Origin: an uncultured delta proteobacterium
Lineage (GTDB): Bacteria; Desulfobacterota; Binatia; UBA9968
Reading direction: 5' to 3'
Length of the DNA: 64,000 nucleotides
Assembly: GCA_963745835.1 (NCBI GenBank)
Contig: CAVUZH010000020.1
Location: forward strand, 128,001-192,000
This document shows positions 24,523 to 33,360 of this stretch, in pieces. Positions within the stretch are counted from its first letter, which is position 1. Every line of letters begins with the position of its first letter. Made by a program: the position numbers and the translations under genes. The notes under the pieces were generated by a model. It was not told where the DNA came from. It was given only the letters and a program-made list of their open reading frames with translations, and made no database searches.

Positions 24523-25540
24523 AAAAATGATTTGGGTTAACGGCGTGCTGCTGGCTCTGCTGGCACTCTCCGTCGTTGGCTGCACGTTATTTGGCCCGGT
24601 TCGCGTAAACCTAGCGAACGTTTGGAGTAACCTGTTTTCGGCCAATCCGGATGCTCAGATAGTTTTTCGCGCACGGCTTCCACGCGTTCTTCTGGGAGTC
24701 GCCATCGGCGGCGGCATGGCGGCCTGCGGCGTCGTCCTTCAAGCGCTGCTCGGCAATCCGCTAGCGTGTCCGCAGATGCTCGGAGTTTCCGGCGGCGCTT
24801 CTTTGGGCGGCATCTTGGGTTTGATCTTTTTTCCTTACTGGCTCGTGCCTATCGGCGGAGGTCTTTTTGGTGAAATCTCTTGGGTGCCACTGGCGGCGTT
24901 TCTCGGCGCGCTCATGAGCATGGTATTGGTTTATCGTTTCTCACTATTCCACGGCCGTCTTCATCCGTATCACTTGCTGCTCTCCGGGGTGATTTTCAAC
25001 TCGTTCATCGCAGCCGTCATTATGTTCCTGAACTCCATAGTCGATTTTTATCAGGCCCAAGGGCTTCTCTTCTGGCTGATGGGTAGCCTGTCGACACGCA
25101 CATATATGACCGTCGCTTTCATCTGGGCCTACATCATTTGTGGTTTTCTCTGGCTATGGGCAAAAGGCGTTTCACTCAACCTCATCACTCTCGGAGAAGT
25201 GACAGCAATGCAATTGGGCGTAGAAACCAAATCTCTCCAGCGGCAGATTTTTGTTGCTTCATCGTTGATGATCGGCGCCATGGTTTCGGTAAGCGGCATG
25301 ATCGGCTTTGTCGGGCTGATGATCCCGCACGTGATGCGCCTGATGGTCGGCAGCGATCACCGCCTGCTTTTGCCGGCCTCGTTTCTCGCCGGCGGAATCT
25401 TCCTGTGTTGGGCGGACACTGTCGCGCGCGTGCTGCTCGCGCCGGCGGAGTTGCCAGTGGGAATCATAACCGCGTTCTTTGGTGGTCCATTCTTTTTGTT
25501 TTTGCTCTACCGGGAGGGCAGAAGAAAGCTGGCTTTATGA
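24503..25540 (+). CDS. btuC: Cobalamin ABC transporter permease (FecCD family)
   Basis: RLPRVLLG, NPLA.P..LGVSGGA, IGFVGLMIPH and ELPVGIITA motifs. Start estimated at GTG 24503. Confidence 0.9.
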   Translation: MKVLDRRKMIWVNGVLLALLALSVVGCTLFGPVRVNLANVWSNLFSANPDAQIVFRARLPRVLLGVAIGGGMAACGVVLQALLGNPLACPQMLGVSGGASLGGILGLIFFPYWLVPIGGGLFGEISWVPLAAFLGALMSMVLVYRFSLFHGRLHPYHLLLSGVIFNSFIAAVIMFLNSIVDFYQAQGLLFWLMGSLSTRTYMTVAFIWAYIICGFLWLWAKGVSLNLITLGEVTAMQLGVETKSLQRQIFVASSLMIGAMVSVSGMIGFVGLMIPHVMRLMVGSDHRLLLPASFLAGGIFLCWADTVARVLLAPAELPVGIITAFFGGPFFLFLLYREGRRKLAL

Positions 25541-26325
25541 CGCTGGCGATTGAGTGCCGTAAGCTCTCGTTCGCTTACAAAGATCGGTCAGTGCTTTTTA
25601 GCATCTCATTGTCGGTTGCGAGAGGCGAAATCGTCGGCATTCTTGGTCCCAACGGCTCGGGGAAAACGACTCTCCTGAAGATTTTTTCCGGGATTCTGAG
25701 CGGGCGAGGAGAGATTAAGTTAACTGGCAAAGATATTGCCCGTTACGGCAGGCGATCGTTGAGCAAGATTTTTGCCATTGTGCCGCAAGAAAACCGAGTC
25801 AATTTTCCGTACACGGTAGCGGAAATCGTCTTAATGGGACGAGCCAGCTATCACCGCGCGTTTGCGCTCGAGGGCAAAGAAGACCTCGACGTCGCCCGTG
25901 CAAGCATGGAGCTCACGGATTCGCTCTTCCTCTCCGATCGCTATTTCCACGAACTGAGCGGTGGCGAAAAACAACGGGTGATGATCGCGCGCGCGCTTGC
26001 GCAACAGCCGGAAATATTACTCCTGGATGAGCCCTCTGCATTTCTCGACCTGAAGCATCAAATCCAGATCTTCGAGCTTCTGCGGCGACTCAATTCAGAG
26101 CGCGGGCTGACCATCGTTGCCGCGCTGCATGATCTCAATCTCGCGGCGCTGTTCTTTCCCCGCCTGATCATTCTCGACAAAGGAAAAATTCACTGCGACG
26201 GATCGCCAGCGGAAGTTTTGACGGAACGAACGATCGAAGAAGTTTATGATATTCGAGTTCGAATCGAACGCGATCTTTCCGGCAAAAAACCTCGTCTGTT
26301 CATTTCCCCTTGGTTAAAGGAGTAA
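25537..26325 (+). CDS. btuD: Cobalamin ABC transporter ATP-binding protein
   Basis: GPNGSGKT, LSGGEKQR, LLLDEP and LHDLNLA motifs. ATGA overlap with the btuC stop. Confidence 0.92.
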   Translation: MTLAIECRKLSFAYKDRSVLFSISLSVARGEIVGILGPNGSGKTTLLKIFSGILSGRGEIKLTGKDIARYGRRSLSKIFAIVPQENRVNFPYTVAEIVLMGRASYHRAFALEGKEDLDVARASMELTDSLFLSDRYFHELSGGEKQRVMIARALAQQPEILLLDEPSAFLDLKHQIQIFELLRRLNSERGLTIVAALHDLNLAALFFPRLIILDKGKIHCDGSPAEVLTERTIEEVYDIRVRIERDLSGKKPRLFISPWLKE

Positions 26326-26331
26326 TCTGGC

Positions 26332-27483
26332 TTATCGGTTGGCAGTTCTATATCCCAACGCGTCTTGAGCGATGATCATCTTCTGCACGTTCGAGGAGCC
26401 TTCGACGATTTGATAGGACTTGGCATCTCTATAGTAACGCTCAACCGGGAATTCGGTGGAATAGCCGTAAGCGCCTAGGATCTTCATAGCCGCATCGACG
26501 GCAAATGCCGCAGCTTCTGCCGCGGTGTATTTTCCAATCGAAGTTTCGAGATTGTTGGGCTTTTTTTGGTCGGCAAGCCACGCCGCGCGGTACACGAGCA
26601 GGCGCGCCGCGTCTTCATGCACCACCATCTGTGCGATCAGGTCCTGGTTCATTTGAAACTCGCCGATCTTTTGGCCGAACTGAGTGCGCTCTTTTGCATA
26701 ATTAATCGCGGCTTCTTTGGCGGCGCGGGCGAGACCCAACGCGCCGGCAGCGCAGTTGAGCCGGGTCTGATTTAATTGCCACATGCAGATCTTAAAGCCG
26801 TCTCCTTCATCACCGAGACGATTGTTTACAGGCAGGCGAAAATTTTCGAAGGTAAGCTCCCCCAGGGGTGAACAATGGGCGCCCATGGTTTCGAGCGGTT
26901 TTCGAGTCACGCCCGGCAGGCGCAGATCGGCATAGAAGGCAGTCATGCCGCGATGTTTTTTTGAACGGTCGGTATACGTGTAGAGCAGACCGCCATCGGC
27001 CACCGGCCCGTTGGAGATCCACAGTTTGGTGCCGTTGATCGCATAGTGATCGCCGTCCCGTGTCGCCGTCGTGCGCATCGCCGCCACATCCGATCCGGCG
27101 TCAGGTTCGGTGATGGCAAAGCAACCGATGCTGTCCCCTTGCACCAGGGGCGGTATCCACTGCTGCTTCTGCTCTTCGCTAGCGAACTGTAGCAACGCGA
27201 GCGCCGGACCGATTTGCATATTGATGGCAACTCTCATGGCGCTATGAACGCGGGCAATCTCTTCTGTAATGAGCACCATCGCAAGAAACCCCATGCCATT
27301 GCCACCGTATTTTTCCGGGATCACGCTACCGTAAAATCCGAGTTCGCCCATCTTCTTTACCAGGTCACCTCTAAAAGCATGCTCTCGATCGTCCTTGGCC
27401 GCTGTCGGCGCCACTTCCTTTTCAGCGAACTCCCGCGCCAGATCGCGTACCGCAACTAAGTCATCCGTTAACTCAAAATCCAT
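26332..27483 (-). CDS. Acyl-CoA dehydrogenase, resembling non-decarboxylating glutaryl-CoA dehydrogenase
   Basis: ITEPDAGSD, KLWISN, RTQFG..IGEFQMNQD, ILGAYGYSTE and IVEGSSN...IIAQDALGYRTANR. Confidence 0.85.
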   Translation of the reverse strand: MDFELTDDLVAVRDLAREFAEKEVAPTAAKDDREHAFRGDLVKKMGELGFYGSVIPEKYGGNGMGFLAMVLITEEIARVHSAMRVAINMQIGPALALLQFASEEQKQQWIPPLVQGDSIGCFAITEPDAGSDVAAMRTTATRDGDHYAINGTKLWISNGPVADGGLLYTYTDRSKKHRGMTAFYADLRLPGVTRKPLETMGAHCSPLGELTFENFRLPVNNRLGDEGDGFKICMWQLNQTRLNCAAGALGLARAAKEAAINYAKERTQFGQKIGEFQMNQDLIAQMVVHEDAARLLVYRAAWLADQKKPNNLETSIGKYTAAEAAAFAVDAAMKILGAYGYSTEFPVERYYRDAKSYQIVEGSSNVQKMIIAQDALGYRTANR

Positions 27484-27704
27484 TTTTCCTCCGTTGCGAA
27501 GGCTGATAGCCGTTGGCTGTTGCCGGTTGCCTCCTTATTTCATCAATTCCTTAGGGCAAACACGGCAAAACCGGAGCACCAATTTCTTCGGCTGCCGCTC
27601 CTTAACTTTTAGTGTAACGCGAATTGATCGCAAGTCGCGCCGGTGACCGGAACGGTTTGATCAGTCCGAGCAATCACGGTGGGCTGACCCCATCAACAAA
27701 GCGT

Positions 27705-30164
27705 TTAGGTTTCGGTCGTTAGCGAAGGATCGTGCCGAACTCCGGCTGCGTTGATCTGCCGCTGCCGCTCGGCAAAGTGCGTCAGCTTTTGTTCAACCAA
27801 CGCGTTGATCGATCCCGCTGGAAACTTACCTGCGGTATTGCGTGTCCCGGCGACAACATCGGTCAGCACCTCGATGCCCTGGTCGATGGATTGCACCGCG
27901 TAGATGTGAAACTTTTCCTCTGCCACTGCTTGGACGACATCGGCGCGCAACATCAGATTACGCAAGTTCGATATCGGCACGAGCACGCCTTGGTCTCCGG
28001 TCAAGCCTTTTACCCGGCAGAGATCGTAAAAACCCTCGATCTTACGATTGATGCCGCCGATCGCTTGAATTTCTCCGTTTTGATTAACTGAGCCGGTGAC
28101 GGCGATATTCTGTTTCAACGGGACGCCCGAGAGACTCGAGAGAATTGCATAAAGCTCGGTGGAAGAAGCGCTGTCGCCGTCAACGCCATCGTAAGACTGT
28201 TCAAAGCAGATACTCGCCGAAAGCGACAGGGGTTTTTCCTGAGCATACTTGCCGCCGAGATAGCCGCTCAGGATCAGAACTCCCTTATCGTGGCTTTTGC
28301 CGCTGAGCTTAGCTTCGCGTTCGATATTGACCAGCCCGCCCCGGCCCATGTAAGTCTTCGCGGTAATGCGGGACGGCTTGCCAAAACTGAAATCACCCAT
28401 CTGGTAGACCGCCAAGCCATTGATTTGTCCGACCTCCGATCCCTGGACCTCTACCAGAATCGTTCCGTCGGTGATCAATTCCTGCAGGCGTTTCTCCAAA
28501 AGGTTTAAGCGGAAGGTCTTCTCGAGAATAGCTTGCTCGACGTGCTTGGCTGATACCAGTTCCGCTTTCTCTCTGCCGGCCCAGTATTCCGATTCAATCA
28601 ACAGGTCAACGGTATCGCTAAAACGGGTCGAGAGTTTTTCCTGATCTTCGACCATCCTGACGCAGTGCTCGATCACTCGCGCCACTCCGCTGGTATCGAA
28701 ATGGCGTAAGCCTTCGCGGCTGCAGTAATCGCTGATAAAACAAGCGAACGCGGTGATGTTTTGTTGCGAACGGTCCACTTGAAAGTCAAAGTCCGCTTTG
28801 ACTTTGAACGTCTCGCGGAAATCTGGATCGGTGCTTGCCAAAGCGCGATACAGGTGAGGATCGCCGATAATGATGACTTTGGTATCGGTGGGGATCGGTT
28901 CCGGCCTTAGTCCCTGGGGCGGCGCCCAACCGAAAAACGCTGCCGGCTCTTCGATCCGCAGCTCGCGATTCTTGATCACCCGCAATAGTGCTTCCCAAAC
29001 ACCCGCGTTGGCCAGGACATCACGATCGTAAAGAACAATATAGCCGCCGTTCGCTTTGCTCATAGAGCCGGCTTTAATGAGCGTAAAGTCAGTTATGTAA
29101 CCGCCTACCACCGGCTTTTTCTCAACGACACCAAAAAGATTGTGATAGCTGGGATTGGTCTCGACAATGATCGGCGGACCTTGAACGTCGCTGTTATCGA
29201 CGATGACATTTACCCGATAGGGAAGAAATGGGTCGGTTACGGGTTCCGCCATCTGCACCGGCAGCAACTGTGCCGCGGCGGCATCAGGCTCGGCAGCCTT
29301 GAAGCGATGTAGACTGTTCAAGATGTGATCGCGCACACCATCGAAATAGCGTAACAGCTTTAGATTATCGCTATATTTTTCTCTCAACTCCGCTAGCGGG
29401 ATGGCGACCAGGTATTCGCCAGCTTTTTTTTCCAGCTCTTCAAGTCTTTGGTTGATTTCGTGCTCTACTTTCTTCCCTTCGCGCAAAGTCTCTTCCACCC
29501 TTTTGCCTATTTCAGAGCGCTTATCCTCCAGCGCTTTCTTCTGTTCAGGTGGCAACGCGAGGTAATCAGCCTCTTGCATCGGTTTGCCTTCTTTCGTTGG
29601 CAGCAGCGCAACTCCGGATGGAGTCATCCGCAACGTGAAGCCGTTTTTGTCGGCCTCGGCCATCAACGGCTCCATCAGGCCTTGTTGCTTTCTCTGCAGC
29701 TCTTCCACGAGTGACTGGCGATCACGTGCGAATTCGTCCCCTTCAAACACTCTTCTGCCTTCCCGTTGCAGATATTGAATCAGCTGTTCCATGTCGGATT
29801 TCAGGACCTTTCCCCAGCCTCGACGCATCTTGATAAACTGCGGGCGATCCGGATCGGTAAAATTGTAAACATAGCACCAGTCCGCAGGCGATTCGGCATC
29901 AGCCTGAACCGGAGCGCGTTCGGCGGTTGCTTTCTTGAGAAAGGCTTTGACGATGCTGGTTTTTCCGGTTCCGGTTAGCCCGGTAACAAAAATATTGAAG
30001 CCGGGTTTATTGACGCCGAGGCCGAATTGGATCGCGCGAATCGCCCGATCCTGACCGATAAAGTCCTCCAGCGGCGTCATCTCCGCCGTGCACGTGAAGG
30101 GTAGATAGGATAAATCGCAACGCCAGGACAGCTTGTCTGGCGGAACTTCAAATTTACGCGCCAT
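27705..30164 (-). CDS. Lon-like (LonC/LonB-type) protease with AAA-like and S16 protease domains
   Basis: GQDRA, GLTGTGKT, GQINGL, FEQSY..VDGDSAS (catalytic Ser), IAVTGS and GGINRKIEG (catalytic Lys). Start at 30164 is supported by a GAGGT SD and a TTGACG-N17-TATTCT promoter. Confidence 0.9.
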   Translation of the reverse strand: MARKFEVPPDKLSWRCDLSYLPFTCTAEMTPLEDFIGQDRAIRAIQFGLGVNKPGFNIFVTGLTGTGKTSIVKAFLKKATAERAPVQADAESPADWCYVYNFTDPDRPQFIKMRRGWGKVLKSDMEQLIQYLQREGRRVFEGDEFARDRQSLVEELQRKQQGLMEPLMAEADKNGFTLRMTPSGVALLPTKEGKPMQEADYLALPPEQKKALEDKRSEIGKRVEETLREGKKVEHEINQRLEELEKKAGEYLVAIPLAELREKYSDNLKLLRYFDGVRDHILNSLHRFKAAEPDAAAAQLLPVQMAEPVTDPFLPYRVNVIVDNSDVQGPPIIVETNPSYHNLFGVVEKKPVVGGYITDFTLIKAGSMSKANGGYIVLYDRDVLANAGVWEALLRVIKNRELRIEEPAAFFGWAPPQGLRPEPIPTDTKVIIIGDPHLYRALASTDPDFRETFKVKADFDFQVDRSQQNITAFACFISDYCSREGLRHFDTSGVARVIEHCVRMVEDQEKLSTRFSDTVDLLIESEYWAGREKAELVSAKHVEQAILEKTFRLNLLEKRLQELITDGTILVEVQGSEVGQINGLAVYQMGDFSFGKPSRITAKTYMGRGGLVNIEREAKLSGKSHDKGVLILSGYLGGKYAQEKPLSLSASICFEQSYDGVDGDSASSTELYAILSSLSGVPLKQNIAVTGSVNQNGEIQAIGGINRKIEGFYDLCRVKGLTGDQGVLVPISNLRNLMLRADVVQAVAEEKFHIYAVQSIDQGIEVLTDVVAGTRNTAGKFPAGSINALVEQKLTHFAERQRQINAAGVRHDPSLTTET

Positions 30165-30247
30165 GAAAATACCTCGAGTTGGTCGAGTCAGAATATGGGG
30201 TCCATGAGAAAGCGTCAACCTGCTCAGCGTTTGCTGGAGCAACGCGG

Positions 30248-30276
30248 TTGAACCGTCTCCGGCGCCTCACTATAAT
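30248..30276 (+). promoter_or_regulatory. Sigma70 promoter, probably giving a leaderless transcript
   Basis: TTGAAC-N17-TATAAT, 6 nt before GTG 30283. Confidence 0.75.
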
Positions 30277-30282
30277 CTTCGA

Positions 30283-31698
30283 GTGATTCAAACCTGCAGG
30301 TCCGGTGGATGCCAGAAGCTATGGTCCTGGCTGTTGGTGACTTGCCTCCTCATTACAGGTTGCGCTTCTTACCGGTCACCGCTTCCGAGTGTCAGCCCGC
30401 CCGGTGAAGACGAGGAAACACGGATCAGCCGCGAGTTTCGCCGCGAGGCAAAAAAGCACTTTACCTACGTAAACAATCCGGAGATCGAACGGTATATCGA
30501 ACGCATCGGTCAACGGATTCTGTCAGCGATGGGTCCGCAACCATTCGAGTATCGGTTCTTTGTCATCGCAGACCCGCAGCTAAATGCGTTTGCAGTGCCC
30601 GGCGGTTCGGTCTTCTTTTACTCTGGCCTTATCGAACGGGCGAAAAGCACTTCTGAAATCGCCGGAGTCATGGGACATGAAATAGTTCACATCAAAGGAC
30701 GTCATATGGCGCGCCAGTCCGGTCCGGACGCGATTTCGCTTTTGAGTTTGGTGGGAATGCTTCTGTTGGCTCGTAGCGGCGCTGGTGCGCAAGCAGCGGG
30801 CGTCGTTGGCCAAGCGGTTTCTGCTACTCGTCAAATCGCCTATAGTCGCCAGTTGGAGATGGAAGCCGATACCCTAGGAGTACGTTACATGACAGCGGCA
30901 GGCTATGATCCTGCCGGTTCGCTTGGATTTCTCAAGACGCTGGATCAGGAGCGATCTTTAAACCCGATAGACGTGCCGGCCTATATGATGACTCATCCGA
31001 TAACCCAGGAGCGGGTCGCCAACGTTCAACTGGTCATTCGCTCCCTCGGCGATGTTCAAAGCAAATCCGAAGGTTTTGATCAGCTTAAAAAGATTCAGGT
31101 GCTTATTCGCTTGGCGCGGCAGGAGACCGATAAGGTAATCGACGAATTTCAAAAACTGGTCGCGCAAACGCCTGGCGACAGCGCCGCGTTTCATCTTTTA
31201 GCGCTGGCACAGCATCATAAAGGCCAGATGTCACAAGCAAAAGCGAACTATGAGAAGGCGCTGAAACTTAACCAGGAAGATGCAGGTTTGTACCGCGACC
31301 TCGGCCGGCTATACACCGACTCGGGCGACTTCGGCGCAGCCCGCGCTATGCTGGATAAGGCCTCCAGCATGGAACCCAAGGAACCGCTGAATTACTTCTA
31401 TCTCGGAGAATTACTGGAAAAAGAGAACGACTTACGCGCCGCGGCCGGCGCGTATCTCAATGCTCAGCAGCTTTCGCCACTCTGGGATAAACCGCCTGCC
31501 CGGCTTGGCACCATCTATGGAAATCTCGACCGGCTTGGAGATGCCTACTACTATAGGGCTCGGTCCTTATTGTTGCAGGACGAAGACGAGCGGGCGATGG
31601 CCGATCTTGAAAAGGCGATCAAAATCCTCGGCGAGAACTCTGCACGTGGGCAGACTGCCAAAGACGAACTGAATAATCTACGAGCTCGTCGGCGCTGA
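30283..31698 (+). CDS. M48 family zinc metalloprotease with TPR repeats (BepA/YfgC-like), probable lipoprotein
   Basis: LITGC lipobox, NAFAVPGG, HEIVH, YSRQLEMEAD and THP motifs, followed by TPR repeats. Confidence 0.9.
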   Translation: MIQTCRSGGCQKLWSWLLVTCLLITGCASYRSPLPSVSPPGEDEETRISREFRREAKKHFTYVNNPEIERYIERIGQRILSAMGPQPFEYRFFVIADPQLNAFAVPGGSVFFYSGLIERAKSTSEIAGVMGHEIVHIKGRHMARQSGPDAISLLSLVGMLLLARSGAGAQAAGVVGQAVSATRQIAYSRQLEMEADTLGVRYMTAAGYDPAGSLGFLKTLDQERSLNPIDVPAYMMTHPITQERVANVQLVIRSLGDVQSKSEGFDQLKKIQVLIRLARQETDKVIDEFQKLVAQTPGDSAAFHLLALAQHHKGQMSQAKANYEKALKLNQEDAGLYRDLGRLYTDSGDFGAARAMLDKASSMEPKEPLNYFYLGELLEKENDLRAAAGAYLNAQQLSPLWDKPPARLGTIYGNLDRLGDAYYYRARSLLLQDEDERAMADLEKAIKILGENSARGQTAKDELNNLRARRR

Positions 31699-32076
31699 GC
31701 CTCTACCGGCTCTGTTAGCGACGGGAAAAGAATAGATCTTGCCACGTACAGGACTTGCGTATCTGCCTTCTTTCTTGATTAGCACCTTGCGAAGGTAGTC
31801 GGGATCAAATCCTAAAAGATCGCAGATGTTGTTAAACGAAAACAGCCACTCGGTGCCTTCATCCTCGACCCATTCCAAGGCATTCTGATACTGACTATTT
31901 CCTAAATTACTTCGCGCGCCGCGATACTTATTTAGACACTCCACCGCGTCTTTCAAAATAGCGATCATCAAACGTTTCTCACCGTCAAGCTGACGCGACA
32001 GCCCGCCGGTACCGTAGAACTGAGACGGCAGAAAAACATCGGGCTCAAGGATTCGTGCTAGAAAATCATCGTACAT
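31678..32076 (-). CDS. Conserved hypothetical protein, paralog of 36296-36811
   Basis: Shares P.QF, EK.LM.A.L.DAV.C and LFSF.NIC..LGFD..YLR with the paralog. AGGAG SD and TTGCGT-N17-TATAGC upstream. Confidence 0.8.
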   Translation of the reverse strand: MYDDFLARILEPDVFLPSQFYGTGGLSRQLDGEKRLMIAILKDAVECLNKYRGARSNLGNSQYQNALEWVEDEGTEWLFSFNNICDLLGFDPDYLRKVLIKKEGRYASPVRGKIYSFPVANRAGRGSAPTSS

Positions 32077-32338
32077 GTGCGGAAACACTCCTGGGTGAAA
32101 TTGAATCGCAAGCTATATCACGGGAGTTTCTTTCACGCAAGAAATATCGTCAATCAACGCGGGATGGGCCGCAACGCGGCACCGCGCATGAGTGGCAAGA
32201 GCAGATCCTACGGCGCCCAAACGGTCCCAATTGAACGATTCCCGTTAAAGCACTGGGGCAATTGAATAGAGCTTTCGGCCTCCGCCGCGCCGGTATTCAC
32301 CATCCTCTAAGCGCTTCGAACGGCGATTGTGCTGTGGT

Positions 32339-33049
32339 TTAGATCCCTTTCATCAAACCGGCGAGTTCTGTCTTAGCAGCATTGTGATCCCAGATCTTCT
32401 GAACCACCGAGTCTTTGCGGCGCTGTTTCATGACCCTTTGTGTCTCGTCCTCGTTGTAAATTATGACAGGTCCCAGCAATGAAGCTTTATAGAACCGCGA
32501 CGCCGCTTCTTCCAAGTCCACACATCCGGCGAATACCCATTCGATCGAATGAGCGACGACCATCGACCCATGACCGCGCAGCATCACGGCATCCGCGGCG
32601 CCAAGCGCTTTTGCCACTGCGTCGCCCTGCTCTATCGTATGAATCAGTGCTGGGTCCATGTAAACAGGTAATGGTCCCGGGCCAAAAAAAGCGCCAGGAT
32701 TGGAAGAAGCTGGATAGAACGGTTTGTCAACCATGCTCAGGATGGCAACCATATGATTGTGCAGATGAGCGACACTTTGGATATCGCTACGGGCTCTATA
32801 GGCCCGCGCGTGCATATTAACCTCTGACGGCGCTTTGTATTTGCCTTCGATCAATTTCCCATCGAAATCGGTGATCACCATATCGTCCGGTTTTACCGTA
32901 GCGCGACTTACCGGGTGTGGCAGGATAACAAGGTGATCAGACCCGGGAATACGCGCGCTAATATGACCGCTGTAATCGACTAATCCGGCGTTGAACAACA
33001 TGCGGGACGACATAGCGAGCTTTTTTTTGATCTCTGATAATTCCGACAC
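32339..33049 (-). CDS. Class II aldolase/adducin family protein
   Basis: SGHISAR, PSEVNMH, AHLH and LRGHG Zn-site pattern. GAGGAG SD and TTGAAC-N17-TATAGC upstream. Confidence 0.9.
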   Translation of the reverse strand: MSELSEIKKKLAMSSRMLFNAGLVDYSGHISARIPGSDHLVILPHPVSRATVKPDDMVITDFDGKLIEGKYKAPSEVNMHARAYRARSDIQSVAHLHNHMVAILSMVDKPFYPASSNPGAFFGPGPLPVYMDPALIHTIEQGDAVAKALGAADAVMLRGHGSMVVAHSIEWVFAGCVDLEEAASRFYKASLLGPVIIYNEDETQRVMKQRRKDSVVQKIWDHNAAKTELAGLMKGI

Positions 33050-33360
33050 GATTTACTCCTCTCAGTTGAACTGGTTGTCTGTGCTATATCTTTCCTCGAA
33101 TAAGAGTTCAACCGAAATGGGCTAACGTTTGAAGCCGCAAGACTCGTTAAATGCCGAACCGCAACTTTGATGACGTGAAACCGCGAGCATGCATCGACTT
33201 ACCACGACGCCGATTCCGGCGGTCCGGATGGGAGATAGCGGGTTCGGTCGCTAACCGCGGCACGTAAATGTCCGGCCGAGTGGTCTACCTTAGGAAACCA
33301 GCTTTTGCCGAATGGACGAGAGGCAAGTTCTAGTCTACGTCTTCTAACCAGCCTCTAGGA

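Noticed and set aside
33120-33355. Possible structured RNA between the aldolase and amidohydrolase genes (CCGAACCGC / GCGGGTTCGG pairing)
   Set aside because: One imperfect stem only and no recognisable riboswitch or sRNA motif; would need an Infernal or covariation test.
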